DNA of 64,000 nucleotides from Rhizodiscina lignyota (lineage: Eukaryota): the NCBI GenBank assembly GCA_010015805.1, contig ML978127.1, positions 372,001 through 436,000 on the forward strand, written 5' to 3'. Positions 38,311-51,526 of the stretch are shown here, one piece after another (the stretch's first letter is position 1; each line of letters opens with the position of its first letter). The notes under the pieces are model-generated. The model made no database searches and was not told the origin of the DNA. It saw only the letters and a program-made list of their open reading frames with translations. A program made the position numbers and the translations under genes.

Positions 38311-40166
38311 TCAACAATAACCACCTTCCGGCGTATTGCCTCCCTTCCCATCACGGCCCTGCTTCTCCACTGGCTTGTCCCACTTCTCTCTCTGCTTCGC
38401 CAGCCTCTCCTCATGCTTCACCATCCTTTCCTCGGCATGCTCCCTCCTCCTTCGGATCCAATAGTCATTCCTCCTTGCCCTCGCATCCACGGCACCCAGT
38501 CCCGCTGTGCCCGCGTTTCTACCCAAAGCGCCTACACTCCCCAGCCCACCTGCTCCCACGGGCAACGGACCGCCAGGCATTGGCAACGCCTTCCGGTCCC
38601 AGAATCCAAGGCCAGATCTGCTCTCACGGCCGCCGCCCCACATACTAACACGCTGAACCTTGCGCAGCTTCTTGATGCCGACGGCGATGGCGCATGCAGA
38701 GGCGACGGCGCAGACCGCCGAGACTCCCCAGAAGCCGAGGTCAGACTCCTCGATGAAGTTCTTGAGATTCATGCCATACAAGGCTGCGAGAAAGGTCCCT
38801 GCAGTGAGGCCAAGCGTCCAGATAGAGAAGCGCAGGTCGAGCAGCATGAGGGAGTTGCGATTTGCGTCGAGGATTGCTTTGACTCTGAGGAAGGATATGT
38901 TGTTAGCACACGTCTATTTCAAGCAGGGTCGGCACGCGAGACGTACATTTCTTCGGTATTGCGAATGTTGGAGACCAAATTCTCCGAGGCCTGCACAATC
39001 TCATCGGTGACCTTGTGGTAACTCTCGAGCAACAGTTCTACTTCGTCGTGGTCGTTCTCACTGCGCCCCTTACCGGCCGCTTTCTCTGTCAGATACATGG
39101 CGGCAAGGTCATCGTCAGCGTCCAACAGCTCATCCAGCGCATCCCGCACTAATCGTGCCTTCTGCTCGAATGTACCAAGCTTTTTCGAATATATGAGCAA
39201 ATACCGCAGCTTGTCCCTGTCAATGTCCTCCTCCAGCTCCCGCAGCACGCGCACAACCGGTTCTCGCACGCCCTCAAACTCACTTTCCAAGCTTGTCGTT
39301 ACGCTGATAAGCACCGCTTCAAGTGCGCGGAACTCGTATGGCAAGTCACCCGGCTTCCCTCCTTGCTTTGGGGGCTCGACTTGGCTGAGCTTGCCCTCAA
39401 GGTCGTACATGAAGACAGATTGTGTATATGAATCAGTGCTCCCGTAGGCATCAAATACTAGGACTCGATTGTGCTTGATGAGGACGCGCAGGTGTAGTAG
39501 GTTTATCAGGATCGCGCTCGGCCGGATGAGTATGGACGGTAAGAGCGAGGAATCGATTTTGCGCAAGTCTCGCGGGAGAAGGCCATACTGTTATCGTCAG
39601 AGTGCCATTATTTCGAATGCCAGTAGTAGCCAGATGCACACCTTGGCGATCAATTCGCTCTTTTTGAATTCCCCATTCACAAGTGTGACATCGCCTTTCT
39701 CATCGAACTCGGTACACCGCAGTCTCAGCTCGTTCGCTGGCTTTAGTGCTCTTCCAGTGAAGCTGTTATCATCCAGAAAGCTCGCAAGCGGGGGTAGGTC
39801 TTGTGTGCGAAAGGTCTCTGCTGTTTGCTGCTGCTTCTTCATCCACCAGAGGTGGCTCCATACGCTCGAAGCACGCGAAGTCGTGGAGAATAGACGAGTC
39901 GAGGACGACCCGCAACTCTTGGGTTGGACTGATAGCTGAGGTGGCCAAGCGGCATTTTTTAGTGAAAGAGGTTTCAAGTCTCTTGGTGAGGTTGCGGTGG
40001 TTGATCGGTTTCGGACGTCATTGCACTGAGAGTTTCTCGGCGCTGCGCGACAGCTTATCGTCCTCGACTGCAGAACTCCGTCGGTCGCACAATTGAGGCT
40101 CTTTTTCAGAAACTTCAACAGGGCCGTCGACGGGGCGCCAGCATTGCAAGGAGGTCGTGTGGGCAT
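38311..40166 (-). CDS. MRS2: Mitochondrial Mg2+ transporter of the Mrs2/Lpe10 (CorA) family, 3 exons
   Basis: LRCTEFD, YGLLPRDLRKID, LPYEFRALE, ELLLESY and YGMN signature; two TM helices; basic N-terminal presequence. Confidence 0.92.
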
Positions 40167-40655
40167 CGCGCGCCATGAGTGATGATGAAGGGAAACTTTC
40201 TTCTGCGATCCGGAGACGAAAATCGGAGGTTCTCGCAAACCACCCTGACTTGCACGTGATGCGCGATATATCAACGGCGCAAAATGTAGACATTGGAGAT
40301 TTGCGACATCGCTCCTTGAGAATCAGGTCAAGGCAGAACTGGTATTGCGGATTCAAAGTAAGTCCTATCTACACTCTTTGAACTCCAGACGAATTGAGGA
40401 TCAAGGAATGCAATCTGGCTCGTCAGTTGCAAAAATCCCGAAGACCACCGAGGACGCCTTGCTATGCCACATATTCGGCAGCAACTCAATTTGAACCAGT
40501 CATGATATCATCAAATGCGCCCGCAACGCCTAGGTGCCAATAACAGTTGGGCCAGATTGGCATAGTCGTCGATACCAAAACGGCGCAAGAACAGCAATGG
40601 GTAGGGAGCGGTTAGGATGAACAGCAGACAGCGCGACGCCGATGGCATCACCTGA

Positions 40656-42190
40656 TTATACCGTCTCCACGTAGTTGCTGCGTCATGGTTAATATCATGT
40701 TTCTGATCAAGATTAGAGTACTCTTTAGCATACCTGGGAAAAACCCCCTCCCTATCGCCGATTCTCCCCGTCCACCAGTCGGTCTCGTTCTGCGTCTTCT
40801 TTACGATCGTAATGATCTCACCCTTCTTGAAGCCAAGATCACCTGGCTGATCAGCATCAAACGTAAACTTTGCAATCGCTTGGTCGGGCCCCATGCTCGC
40901 CTTCCTCGCTGCGCCAAACACAGGCTTGGGCGCAGTCGGCCGCGAGGGCTTCGGCTTCTCGCCGAATGAACTGAAGCGGTCATTGGTGGGCGATCCAATA
41001 CCAGAGCCGTAGGTATTGGAGCGACTTCGCGATTCTAGAGAATCAAAAGTCTCATTAGGATTTGCTCGCGATGAGAGTGAGCGGTTAATACCTTGGTTTG
41101 GAGCGCGATCGTAGTAGTCGTCCTGCCAAGTCGAAGCCCGATTCGGCTTGTCACGGTACTCGTATTCATCGTTGTCGCCGTTCCTATTGAAGCTGTTCGT
41201 GGTGTTACCGGTGCGATCTGACTTGACGCCTTCGCCGTACGCTGAGCCTCGTCTTCCCTGCCAAACAACGTCTTCGTGCTCGTCTGCGTAGACTGGGATG
41301 TCGTTGTACATTGCATCAGCGCCCGTACTCGCACCATTGCCCGAGAAGACTCTTGAATTCAGTACTCTGACGAGCGGATCAGCCGCTGGCGGAACCGGCA
41401 CGTTACCCTCAAGCAGCGATCTTGCAGTCACTCTCCTGTTGTATAGCTTCTCGTTCGCATCTCTCCTCTCGATGAGGACACTGCCTTCCAAACTGACGCC
41501 CGCAAACAATCCCTTGGTCTTGCTATAACTGAATATGCCTGCCACGCCCTTCAAACTCGCTGCACCAGCCGCCTCCGCGTTCCGCCCTACGGGACCCGCT
41601 GCAATCGAGACGTTACCGCCAAGTGTGATACTACCAGCTTGCGCGAATGACCGAACCGCGCTGGCATCGTTCAAGATGAATACGAAATCGGTAAGCTCGA
41701 ACCCAATTTGGCCACCGAATCCACCACCAACCGTACCGATGGCGGATGGAGCGCTCCAGCTGCCGTCTGCAAGGCGAGCGACCACGACGCCAGACCCAAA
41801 ACGACCGCTGCCGAGGAAGCCAGCCTTGAAGACTGTCATAATAGCGAGACCCTAAACAGCAAAGAAGACACATGTTAGCTTGCGCCCAATTGCAATTGAT
41901 GGTTCGGCGACGAGGCAAGGTCACGATGCTGCCTAAGCCCGACCAGAGCCTTCTACATGTCCGAGTGTGAAATTGTGCGCACCTTTGCATTTGCGAGGAT
42001 GGAAGGCGGAATGACTTTGTCAGGACCGAAGGCTTGTCGAGGATCAACGAAGGACGCGAGAATCTTGCCCGTCTTCCTGCACTCGGCTGTCGAGAGAAAA
42101 ATGTCAGCCACAGGCCAATCTCTTGTCGGAAGCGGACACAAACTTACATCTCATAGACGAGGGGAGCGGATTGTTGATTCCGAACGGCAT
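40656..42190 (-). CDS. YSC84: Ysc84/Lsb4 actin-binding protein (SYLF domain plus SH3), 4 exons
   Basis: MPFGINNPLPSSM, KAGFLGSGRFGSG, GGQIGFELTDFVFILN, GLFAGVSLEG and C-terminal SH3 ending FPSNYVETV. Confidence 0.93.
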
Positions 42191-42543
42191 CTTGAATGAT
42201 TATCTCGACGCGGATAGGGAATAGGCGAGGGAGAAGAGGTGAGGTGTGGAGGTTGAGGGCGCAGAGTGCGACAGCAGTGGGTGATAGTGGATGAAGCCGG
42301 AGATGACTTTGACTGGCAGCTCATGCGGATACGGATATCGCGGGGCACCAGTTGTGGCTGAGCGACTCTGCGCCAGCAAAGACACAAGGCGATGACGAAG
42401 CGCCCAAGGTTCTTGTTAATCTTCGGGCATTCGCTTTCGTCTTATTGCCTTAATTATGTTCATTTCACGTCATGACGGTAATTGTGCGCTCTAAGATTAC
42501 TATGGTCCGACGGTCTCTGAGCAGCAGCCAAGCGCCGCCCACG

Positions 42544-44490
42544 TCAGTCCAAAAATTGGCCTTGCCCTATGTATCTCCATTTCGAAAAATACGCATCTGC
42601 AGTGCTGTTGCCACCATTGCTCGTCGCGTAAACTCCGACAAGAGTACCTGTAAATCCATAGCTGACCAGTGATGCTGCGCCGTATCCAATGGTCTGCATC
42701 ATCGACATTGCATCCGCTGGCCCAGCAGAAAAGGAATAGTGTGTCAGATTGAACGCTTTGATCTCCATCACCAACGGCTTTCCTGTCCAGTTCGCAGACA
42801 CCGGGGTTGTAATCGGATCTGGCGTGGGGATTTGAGAGACCGCACGCCAGGTGAAATGGGGCGCAAGCGTTCCATTGGAGGTTCTGAGGGTTGTGACACC
42901 GAGGTCTATATGGTGGTTCTGAAACAAACAGATTAGCGAATTGTTTCGACACAAAGACAAGCCATCTCCTTGGTGTGCTTACTTGAGTAAGAAATACAGT
43001 CACGCCAGCTTCCATTTGTTCGACCTCTGATGCGAAATCCATTACAACGCTATAGGTGAAAAGCGTATCAACCTGTCGGCGACCCACGAAAGTCTGGCCT
43101 TCCGGGCCCGCATAGTTACCATCCAGCGCTGTCAAGTTCAGCTTCGACGATGTCAAACGCAGGGTGTTCGGATGACCAGGTGGACTAATAACATAGTTCG
43201 CATCTATTGGATTCCTCCAGTGCACGAAATGTGCCGGTAGTTTGGACCCAGGCGCGAAATCGATGTTGTCAGGATCCTTTATAAAGGGCCTATCTCCATG
43301 AGTACAAAGCACAGAAAATACCACGTGATGGACTTACCCGCTCCCTCCAAGGTCCTTGTTTACAGGAGGCAGTGGCCAGCTGTTCATGACGCCTCTCACT
43401 GCCGAATCAACAGGCCAGTCTCCTGTCTTCCACGTCACAGGATACAATACAGTCTCTCTTCCCATCGGATACGTAATGAACTCTGGACCTGATCTGGTCG
43501 ATAGTGCCACACCCCACCAGTAACCCCTTGAATCTTCAAATAGATCCGCGTGTCCGACCGTTTGGAAATACTGCGTGGTATTTGCATTCGTCAGGAGGGG
43601 GTTACGTGGGTATGGATCGTATGGCCCTTCAATGTCCTTAGCCCGGGCAATTGTCTCCATGTGGTTGAGGCCAGTGCCGCCCTCTGCAATCATCAAGTAA
43701 TACCAGCCGTCCTTGAAGTAATGATGAGGTCCCTCGGGAGCCAGGCCTCCGGTACCATTCCAAATGTTGATGAGATCATCCCCAACGGCGCCGGTCTCTA
43801 TATCAACCGTGACCATGTTGATTCCTGGTTGTAGCTCCCACGGATGAGATCCAGTCACGTAGACTTTGCCGTTCTCGTGCCAGAATGGAGAAGTGTCATA
43901 GCCGCTGAAGTTGAAGTGCACAGCATTTGTCCACGATGAAGCATCGAAGGGGTTCTTAGACTTGAGAATGATCTTCGAGCTGCTTAGCCTTACTCCCCAC
44001 AAGGTGAACTCTCAAGCTTACATTGTCCCATCGTGACAGATTTGTCTGTAGTTCTTTATCAAAAACCAAAGTCGTCAAGATGTAGAACGTCCCCTCATGA
44101 TAACGGATGGCCGGCGCCCATATTCCACTCGTGGACCCATTGGTGATAGCCAACGTAGGCAATTGTTCACGACGATTCAATGCATTACCTAGAGGAAATG
44201 TCAAACTCATGAACAGCTTCGTTGAATGACTGGACAAGATTGGCCATACTGATTAGCTTCCAGTTCTGAAGGTCTTTGCTGGCATGAACAGGGACGCCTG
44301 GAAAGACGCTGAAGCTCGAGGAGGCACAGAAGAATGTTTCATCCCATTCTTTGACAAATATACAGCTGGGATCGGGATGAAAACCTGGCAGGATTGGATT
44401 GTCATAGGTCGAATTTCTGGATGGTGTACCATACGAGAAGCACACATGTGCGAAAGATGCAATTGACAAGATGAGATACTTCAGAGACAT
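42544..44490 (-). CDS. Secreted GH43 beta-xylosidase/arabinofuranosidase with C-terminal beta-sandwich, multi-exon
   Basis: Signal peptide, NPILPGFHPDPSC, GIWAPAIRY, APEGPHHY, YYLMIAEGGT, QTVGHADL and GFTGTLVGVYA motifs. Confidence 0.93.
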
Positions 44491-44662
44491 GATTGTGAAA
44501 ACAATGTGAGGAAACAGAACAATGGCGACCACCGGAGCTCAGATAGTCCCCAGCATCGGCCATCGCTGTGATGCTTCCCGAGCTTTATATACTTTCACCT
44601 TTTGCTTCAATTGACCTGTTCCTGAAAAATCAGTGGAGAATGATCTACCGAAATGTATTGCA

Positions 44663-44850
44663 ATTATCCGTACGAATCGCCAGTCCCCCTTTCCGGTGAT
44701 GCGGAGTTGCTGTTCTCACCGTTCGCGTGGCTTTTAGCCGGCAACTTCGAGGCTCTAGTATCAACGGTACATACGGAGTGCTGGTTGACGGAGATATTCC
44801 CGTTGTCCAAGTTTGCGGATAATCTTATTTAGGGCTGGGGAGATTAGCCG
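44663..44850. promoter_or_regulatory. Four CGGNTAAW XlnR/AraR-type sites plus SYGGRG CreA-type sites upstream of the GH43
   Basis: ATTATCCG at 44663, TTTAGCCG at 44733, CGGATAAT at 44816 and ATTAGCCG at 44843; GCGGAG at 44701 and CTGGGG at 44835. Confidence 0.65.
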
Positions 44851-45089
44851 CGCGGTTGGCGCTTAGTCAATCATAGGGAACCAACATGTCCATCAAAGCC
44901 ACAATTCTGGGGAAGATCGGATCAACCTTCAATCTCCTTCCTCATGTCCTGCACAAGCTTGCTGAGCTCCCTGACAACATCTCTCTCCCACCTCGCGGCC
45001 AAAATCTCGAACGCCTTCGGTCAGCCCCGTAATATAGACGTAACAGGCGCCGCTCAAACGAAGAATCCGTACCTGGGATAACTACGAAC

Positions 45090-45438
45090 ATGTCAGAGTC
45101 CTACGAGCGCGAACAGTACGTCATTTGCCTTGCTTGCTGATTCCTGCGCCGTGACTGACCAACAGCATAGGCAAAATAACTCACGCCTCGATGAGCTTGC
45201 AAACAAAGTGTCCGCCTTGCGCGGCGTGACTGTAGACATTTACGACAACGCACGCGACCAAGGCATAATCGACTCCTCAAATGAAGTCTTTTCGAACTTC
45301 GGGACATTTTTGAAGGGCAGTGCGGTCAGGTTGGGGAGGATGGCACAGTCGGGGAACAAGGTTGCGGTGCTAAAGCTGGCGGGCATCTTGGTCGGGGCGA
45401 TCATACTACTCTGGTGGATAGCCAGCTGGTTCTTCTGA
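45090..45438 (+). CDS. SFT1: Golgi Qc-SNARE Sft1 (Bet1-like), 2 exons
   Basis: MSESYEREQ|QNNSRLDELANKVSALRGVTVDIYD followed by a C-terminal TM anchor. Confidence 0.85.
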
Positions 45439-45800
45439 GGTCAAAAAGAGGCGCAGCTGGAAGCCGCATGCTAGGAGTCTAGACATGTTTCATATTCATT
45501 TTAAAGTGCAGGCTGTTCCTATGGGTGCGTATATCCATTTGTGCATACTAGGATAGCGGGCGTACTGTGTGGCTCTCCTTTGATCAAACCTGGATATTGT
45601 CCATAAAGTCGCTTTTCGTTCATACTGAAACACTATTACAATTATGATTTGTGATTAATTATCCTTCTCCACCTCTCCCAAGAGATCCGCTTGTTTCCCG
45701 AACAATAGTACCCTTTGCATTCTTTCCGGGCATTGTCCCACCGCTGTTTCGTTACATAGGCGACCATCAATTTCGGGAAGAACTTGCATGCTTTGCCCTC

Positions 45801-46313
45801 TCAACAAAGGCTCAGAGTAATATCTGCATCAGAGCTGGGTTCCCAGTCAGCACTGGACATCTCAAAGATATCCATGTCTTCTCACCTGCACTCGTGCACT
45901 TGGCTTCCACCAGGGTTCACTCCATTACTCCATTCAATATGTGGGCACTTCGGATTCGTAGCCGTCACCATCATCCTCTTTCCTTTGAACGGGTCCCCAT
46001 AGACATCACTCATGTCATACCACACTGTGTCTCCCTGCAGCGTGTACGAGAAATCCGTTTGCGGAGCTCCTGTCCAGAGACACCCATCGCTAAGGCATAT
46101 CTTGATCGCAATTCCGCCACACGTCGGGTCATTGTGGTACTGCTCCGTATAGCAGTTGCCGGTCGTGATGGTCTGCTGAGTACCCGCGCTCGAACCAACT
46201 GAGTAAACGTAGATAGTCTCGGGGCAGTTGTTTTGGACGTTGGCCCAGCCGAGGGCGGTGGCAAAGGGGAGAATTGCGGAGACGAGAGCAAGCTCTGAAC
46301 GGAAGACCTTCAT
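45801..46313 (-). CDS. Bys1-family secreted protein, 2 exons
   Basis: Signal peptide, ANVQNNC, GGIAIKI, YTL...VWYDMSDVYGDPF and spliced end ECSSDADITLSLC. Confidence 0.85.
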
Positions 46314-47512
46314 GATGAGAAACGAGAGTATAGTAAAAAACTGAAAAGCGATTAAACGATACCGTTGTCAGCGCACTTGAGCTACCTTATACCTGAGTTT
46401 AGCGGAATGTGTTTCATCGTATGAAGGTCCTTCAGTAATATAATCCAACAATCTGGGACTCTCATTATTGGTACGTTGTCATTGGTCCTCCCGGTAATGT
46501 CGAGCACGGAGAGAAAGAAATCACATGGAGGATGTATATTGGCGTCAGAAGGCTATGGGCATGATATCCTGAGACAAGGAATGGCTTGGCGAGCGTGATT
46601 GTTTTACAGAAGGCCTTGTTGTTTTGCTGATCTGAACAGGAAAGGGACCACGAAAGAATGTGCGTAGGGAGAAGGAACAATAGGAGAGCATAATTATCAA
46701 ACATGAACTGATATCGTCAGACATCCGGCTTCTTCGAGGAACCAAGTCGCAGAAAATATTTGAAGATTTGGGCCAAGGATGTTTTGGAGAGTCTGTATGG
46801 TCTTTGTCAATGGAAGTGCGGCAGACTTGAGCATTTCGTTCTGATGCTCGAACTGTCCTGCAGCTGCAGGTGTGCGCAGAACTGAAGGCTCAACATGCCT
46901 CTCGACAACATGAACAAAGAATTGAACGCGATCAGCCCAGCTGCAACACTCACTTTTGTCAGTTTGCAAAGACAGATGGCATTCTTTCAAGAAGCTTATC
47001 TATCAAGGAGAAGGGTGGAGGACTGCCGTCCTGTGGGATACTCGTCTAAGGAGTCCAAGCTCGAGTCTGCTCGGCTCCAAGAAATTGCGTTCAGCGACGC
47101 CACAACCCCCTTTCGACTTACGCGAACCACAACCGTACAAATGCGTCGCGCGTACCGCACATGAGGCGCTGCAAGGATTCACAGTTAGGATTGAAGCTAT
47201 TGGAGCTTGAGCCACTGGCTTCAGGTGGCTAGCTAGTACACGTACCTTTGGTGAAGATGTTTAATTGTAGGCTTGTCTCCTAGAGTGTCATTTCACTGCT
47301 TCAATTCTGTTCAGTTCAGTCTACTACTCGTTACCATAACAGTTAATTCTTCTTGTCTTCACTCCTTATGAGACAATTTTTGTTTATCTGAACATCTTCT
47401 GGATCCACATTCGTCAAACAAGCCGAGTTCGAGGAGCGTCGAGTCCAGCCTTCATCTTGTTTACTCGCATCTCCATTACGCTCTCTCCACCCGAACATAT
47501 CCCACCGTAATC

Positions 47513-48031
47513 ATGAAGCTTCAATCCACGCTCTTTACCATACTCTCTCTTCTCTCCTTCGCTGCTGCATTCACATGCTCCTCTTCGACTGCCCACGATC
47601 CAACCGACTCCAACAGCAACTGCAATGCTACCTGTCAAAACTACGTCTACAACGCCGCGGGGTCTGCGTCCTCTATCCCCGCGCTCTCAAGTTCTCCATC
47701 ATCCTCCGAATCTCCTGTCAGTAACTGTGCCGATGGCAGCGCATGCGTCATGCTCTCGGCCATCTATTTCATATGCCTCGACACGAAGACGTGGGATTGG
47801 ACAGACGGATACGGTGGTACAGGCAACATTAAGAGCGGGAAGTACGCGTTTAAGGATGGGAAAGCGACGAGTGTGGCGATTGCTACCGACACGCAGGCTG
47901 TGATGACGCTAGCTGCCGCGACGAACACTGCAACGAGTTCAGGTGCTGCGGTGGTGGGAGCGGCTATGCCTTCGGGGCTGACTATGGAAGTGGCTGGGTT
48001 GTTGTTCGCTATTCTGGGGTGGTTCGTATAA
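47513..48031 (+). CDS. Small secreted Cys-containing, probably GPI-anchored protein (172 aa)
   Basis: Signal peptide, six Cys, DGYGGTGNI motif, S/T/A-rich linker and hydrophobic C-terminus. Confidence 0.75.
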   Translation: MKLQSTLFTILSLLSFAAAFTCSSSTAHDPTDSNSNCNATCQNYVYNAAGSASSIPALSSSPSSSESPVSNCADGSACVMLSAIYFICLDTKTWDWTDGYGGTGNIKSGKYAFKDGKATSVAIATDTQAVMTLAAATNTATSSGAAVVGAAMPSGLTMEVAGLLFAILGWFV

Positions 48032-48352
48032 GGTTCAGGCATTGTGTATACTGAATGGCGCCATCGTATTTTGGGATATAGGATTTGGGCGAAGAGGCGG
48101 AGCACCAAGACGCATACAGCCACGGCGCATAAGGAAAATGGTCTTTGAACAGTAGTGTATATACTTCATAATGCTTAATTCGAAGCGTATCAATCGACGG
48201 CCAGCGCGTACGAAGCCGGATATCAGTACGAAAACTTGCTCATTACACAAAATCGGTATCAAAGCCGCTAATATGCTTCGATACTCCAAATGTCACAAAT
48301 GTCGACAACATTAGACTCTGAAATCGTAGTAGCTCGCGGTAGATCAGATCGC

Positions 48353-49339
48353 TTATGAACCATTCACCCTTACAGTCTCAAAACCCCTCTCCCCTCTGTG
48401 GCTACCCATCCCTCCGCCTCCTTGATATCCAGTATCGTAATTGAACTGCTCTTCAGGCACTTCATAACCGGCACGCACAGTCGAAACGTTCTTCGCTGGA
48501 TCGCTGAACGGCCTCGGTTGCTCAATATTCTCCGATCCAGGTGCCCACACATCAGTGCTGCCTCTGCCGAGATCCCAAGCATCGTCCTCCAAGTTGCGAG
48601 GAGCAGGATATGGGCTCTTCCGGTCGATGTCGTTCATTTGATTGTATTTCCCAAGACGAGTAGCACGGCGGAGGACGTAAATATCCAGGAAAAGGGCGGC
48701 GAGGGTAGATACACTATACGACGACCACGGTCAGTTTTTCTGTGTCACGTTCTAGCGACATAAAAAGCAAGAATTACTCACAATCCAAGCATCGCGAAGG
48801 CAAAAAGCGATTTATATATTCGGCACACCATGATGCCAGCATCCTCTCTCCAAACATCTAAGCTACACGTATGTGTCAATGTGCCGGAGCTCCACCAGCT
48901 CAGCAGCGCAAAGCCAACGGCCCATAGAGTGCAGAGCGCGCTATTCAGGACGATATTGAAGCGCGGATTGAGGCCGCAGCAGCAGTGGAGGACGATTGTA
49001 GTTGTGAGGGCTAGGATCGTAGCCATGGAGACTCCGCAAAGCTGTTCGGTCATACAATTAGCCAAGAGCTCGGACAGATAATGCAATCTAGATGACTGGA
49101 GAGTGCGAGCATCCAGCTTTCGAGCCTGGGACACGTACCAGGAGGAATGTCCATGGTGTCGGCCAGTGGTCATGGGTAAGGTGCCATATGAAGTAAAACA
49201 TGATCGCGGCCACGATTATCGAGGATGTGAGTTGCGCGCATCGCAGGCCATGGAAGAGCAGAAATGGATAGTTCGTCGGCTTCGTACGTGACTTGTTGTC
49301 CCTCCTCAGGAGGGACCTTGCATTTGTGAGAGGGCTCAT
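48353..49339 (-). CDS. Four-TM MARVEL-like membrane protein, 3 exons
   Basis: LRCAQLTSSIIV, four hydrophobic segments, Cys pair TC...VCRIYKSLFAF and a hydrophilic tail; GT-AG introns. Confidence 0.75.
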
Positions 49340-49999
49340 GGTGGGCGAGATAAGGGGTAAACCAGCGGCGGCGTGTATGGGAGAGCCTCAACGGCAGGTT
49401 GGTCTCGAGGAGACGGAATCAAAAGAGTGACATTTGGAAGTGTAACATACGAATGAAAGAAAGGGATAACAGTTCATCGGAAGGAGGATTAAGCCCTGCG
49501 AGGGGTGGAGGTTCAGCTGAATCGCGGATTCGACGCGAGGCGTCTGGGCCAGAAGTCCTTGCTCCAATCACGGCTCTCCGCCCTCTGCGACCTGTCTAGA
49601 TTGGGCGCTCTGCTCAAACCGAGACTGAAACGGAGGCTGGTTGGGAAGACGCAGACAAGAATAACTATTCGCATCAAAGCAGGCTTAATATTACTATTCG
49701 ATTGAATGGTTATTTGATATCTCCGGTTTAAACATGCAACCCGCACTGATCGTGATATATAACACAAGCGTCAGATGCAGCGATCTGAGCACCCAAGAAA
49801 GACGCCAGGAAACTCCCTCCAAATGCTGTCGCTATGACACATGTCGCTTGTCTGCGCTCCGCACAGAACGCGTGAAAAAGACCGATGGACGACCAATGTA
49901 TGCGTCTTTGGATTTTGCGACCCCAAAATGCCTTTCTAATGTTTCGAACCAACGCCGCCCTTTACATGGGCCGTAAACGGAATCAGTGATGAGTATTGC

Positions 50000-51526
50000 T
50001 CAAGCGGATGCCATCCAAAGTGCACCACCCAGAATTCCGATGAGTACAAGCGTCGTGATAATGCCTGCTCCTGCTCTGTCTGAGGTGCTGATGGTGCTGT
50101 ACACAATCGGTGAAGTGCCAGAGTTACTTCCGGCGTTTGGATTTCCTTTACTCGTACCACCAGTCTTGTTCGTCACCGGGCCCTGCACTTTGGTGACCAA
50201 ATTCGATTGGAAAATCTCCATGGCCGCCATTTGTTCTCCAGGGCCAAAACTACCATCGTACTGCTGTTTCTGCGTCCATCTCAGGCCACATACGTTACCG
50301 AAGGACCCGTACGGGCCCGCAGTCCCAGAACACTGTTGAGCGGCCGCTTGGGCGGAAGACTGCAGTAGTGGCATGATTAGGTCAAACGTGAAAGGGGCGA
50401 CTTTTGCTGTTGCAGCCATCGCGCGGGAGAGGTATGCTTTGAAGGAGCGTTGATCGTTGTCGCATTTGCCATTCGGCTCGCATGCAACTTCGTACATGAC
50501 CCCGTCTTGGAAGAACACGGACGTGCCATTAATAATACCGAGGACGCGTTGTTTCCATGTGTCAGATTGGGTCTGTGCAAAACCGTTAGTGAAAGGTTCA
50601 CGTGAGCATATCTCTCGACAGCTAGAAGGGTGGGAAGCGGTTCGCAATATAAACGAATTGGATACTCACCAAATTCCACATGGCGGCTGCTCCCTGCATG
50701 TACACGCCGGCATTGTAAGTCCATTGAATATGGTTGACTTGCGTGCAATTGATTGTGTCGTCTGAGCCGTCGTAGAAGTGATAATTTTCGTCCATCAGCT
50801 GAAGAGCACTGACCCAATCGAATATCTTTTCCGCCCAGTCAGCATAAGTTTGATTGCCCGTGTACCTGGCTAGCCGTGCAGCAACGTTGAAGAAGCAGCC
50901 GTTGCTGATGGTGTTCTTATAGTTGTATCCGTTGTTGAAGGTAAAGATCTGCCATCGCAGCCCTCCGCCACATGTCGTGTCGTCCCATCGCGTCGCCTGA
51001 GTGTTGAAAACCGCCTGGGCCAGTGCAAGCCATTGCGGTTTGTCAGATGGCGGGTTTGGATAGTTGTCTTCAGCAGCAGTCATGGCAGCCATTGCCCAAA
51101 ACCCTTGATCGTCGTTACCTTCCGTCTTGGTCTGATTGGGCGGCATGTAATCATCATTAGGTCCCGTTTGAAAAAGCAGGGCTTGTGTTGTGATTTCGTT
51201 GTACGAGTCGTCCCCGGTGTAGTACCAGTAATCCACCAAGGAACCGAACATGGCACCAGCCTCCCACCAAAAGTACGGCGCAGGTAAGTTACCAGGCACG
51301 TCGCCAGTGTTGTTGCCCGTATACCATTTCACCAAGCCATATGCTGCAGTTGAAGCTGCTTGCTTGATCGAATCTAGGAATTCGTTAGTAGTGCACGGAA
51401 TTGATCAGCGACTGTTGCTATCCAGTACGTACCTGTTGAATTCAAATCAAGATCTATGGCGCTCACGGCTTGCCCTCCTATCAATACAGAGGCTACAAGC
51501 CCTGGTACTCTCCAGGAGAACTTCAT
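50000..51526 (-). CDS. DCW1: GH76 mannan endo-1,6-alpha-mannosidase (Dcw1/Dfg5 family), GPI-anchored, 3 exons
   Basis: [42 protein letters not shown] and DQRSFKAYL motifs; C-terminal DRAGAGIIT and hydrophobic tail. Confidence 0.93.

Noticed and set aside
46465..47215. ORF fragments between BYS1 and the small secreted protein
   Set aside because: No family motif and no coherent gene model.
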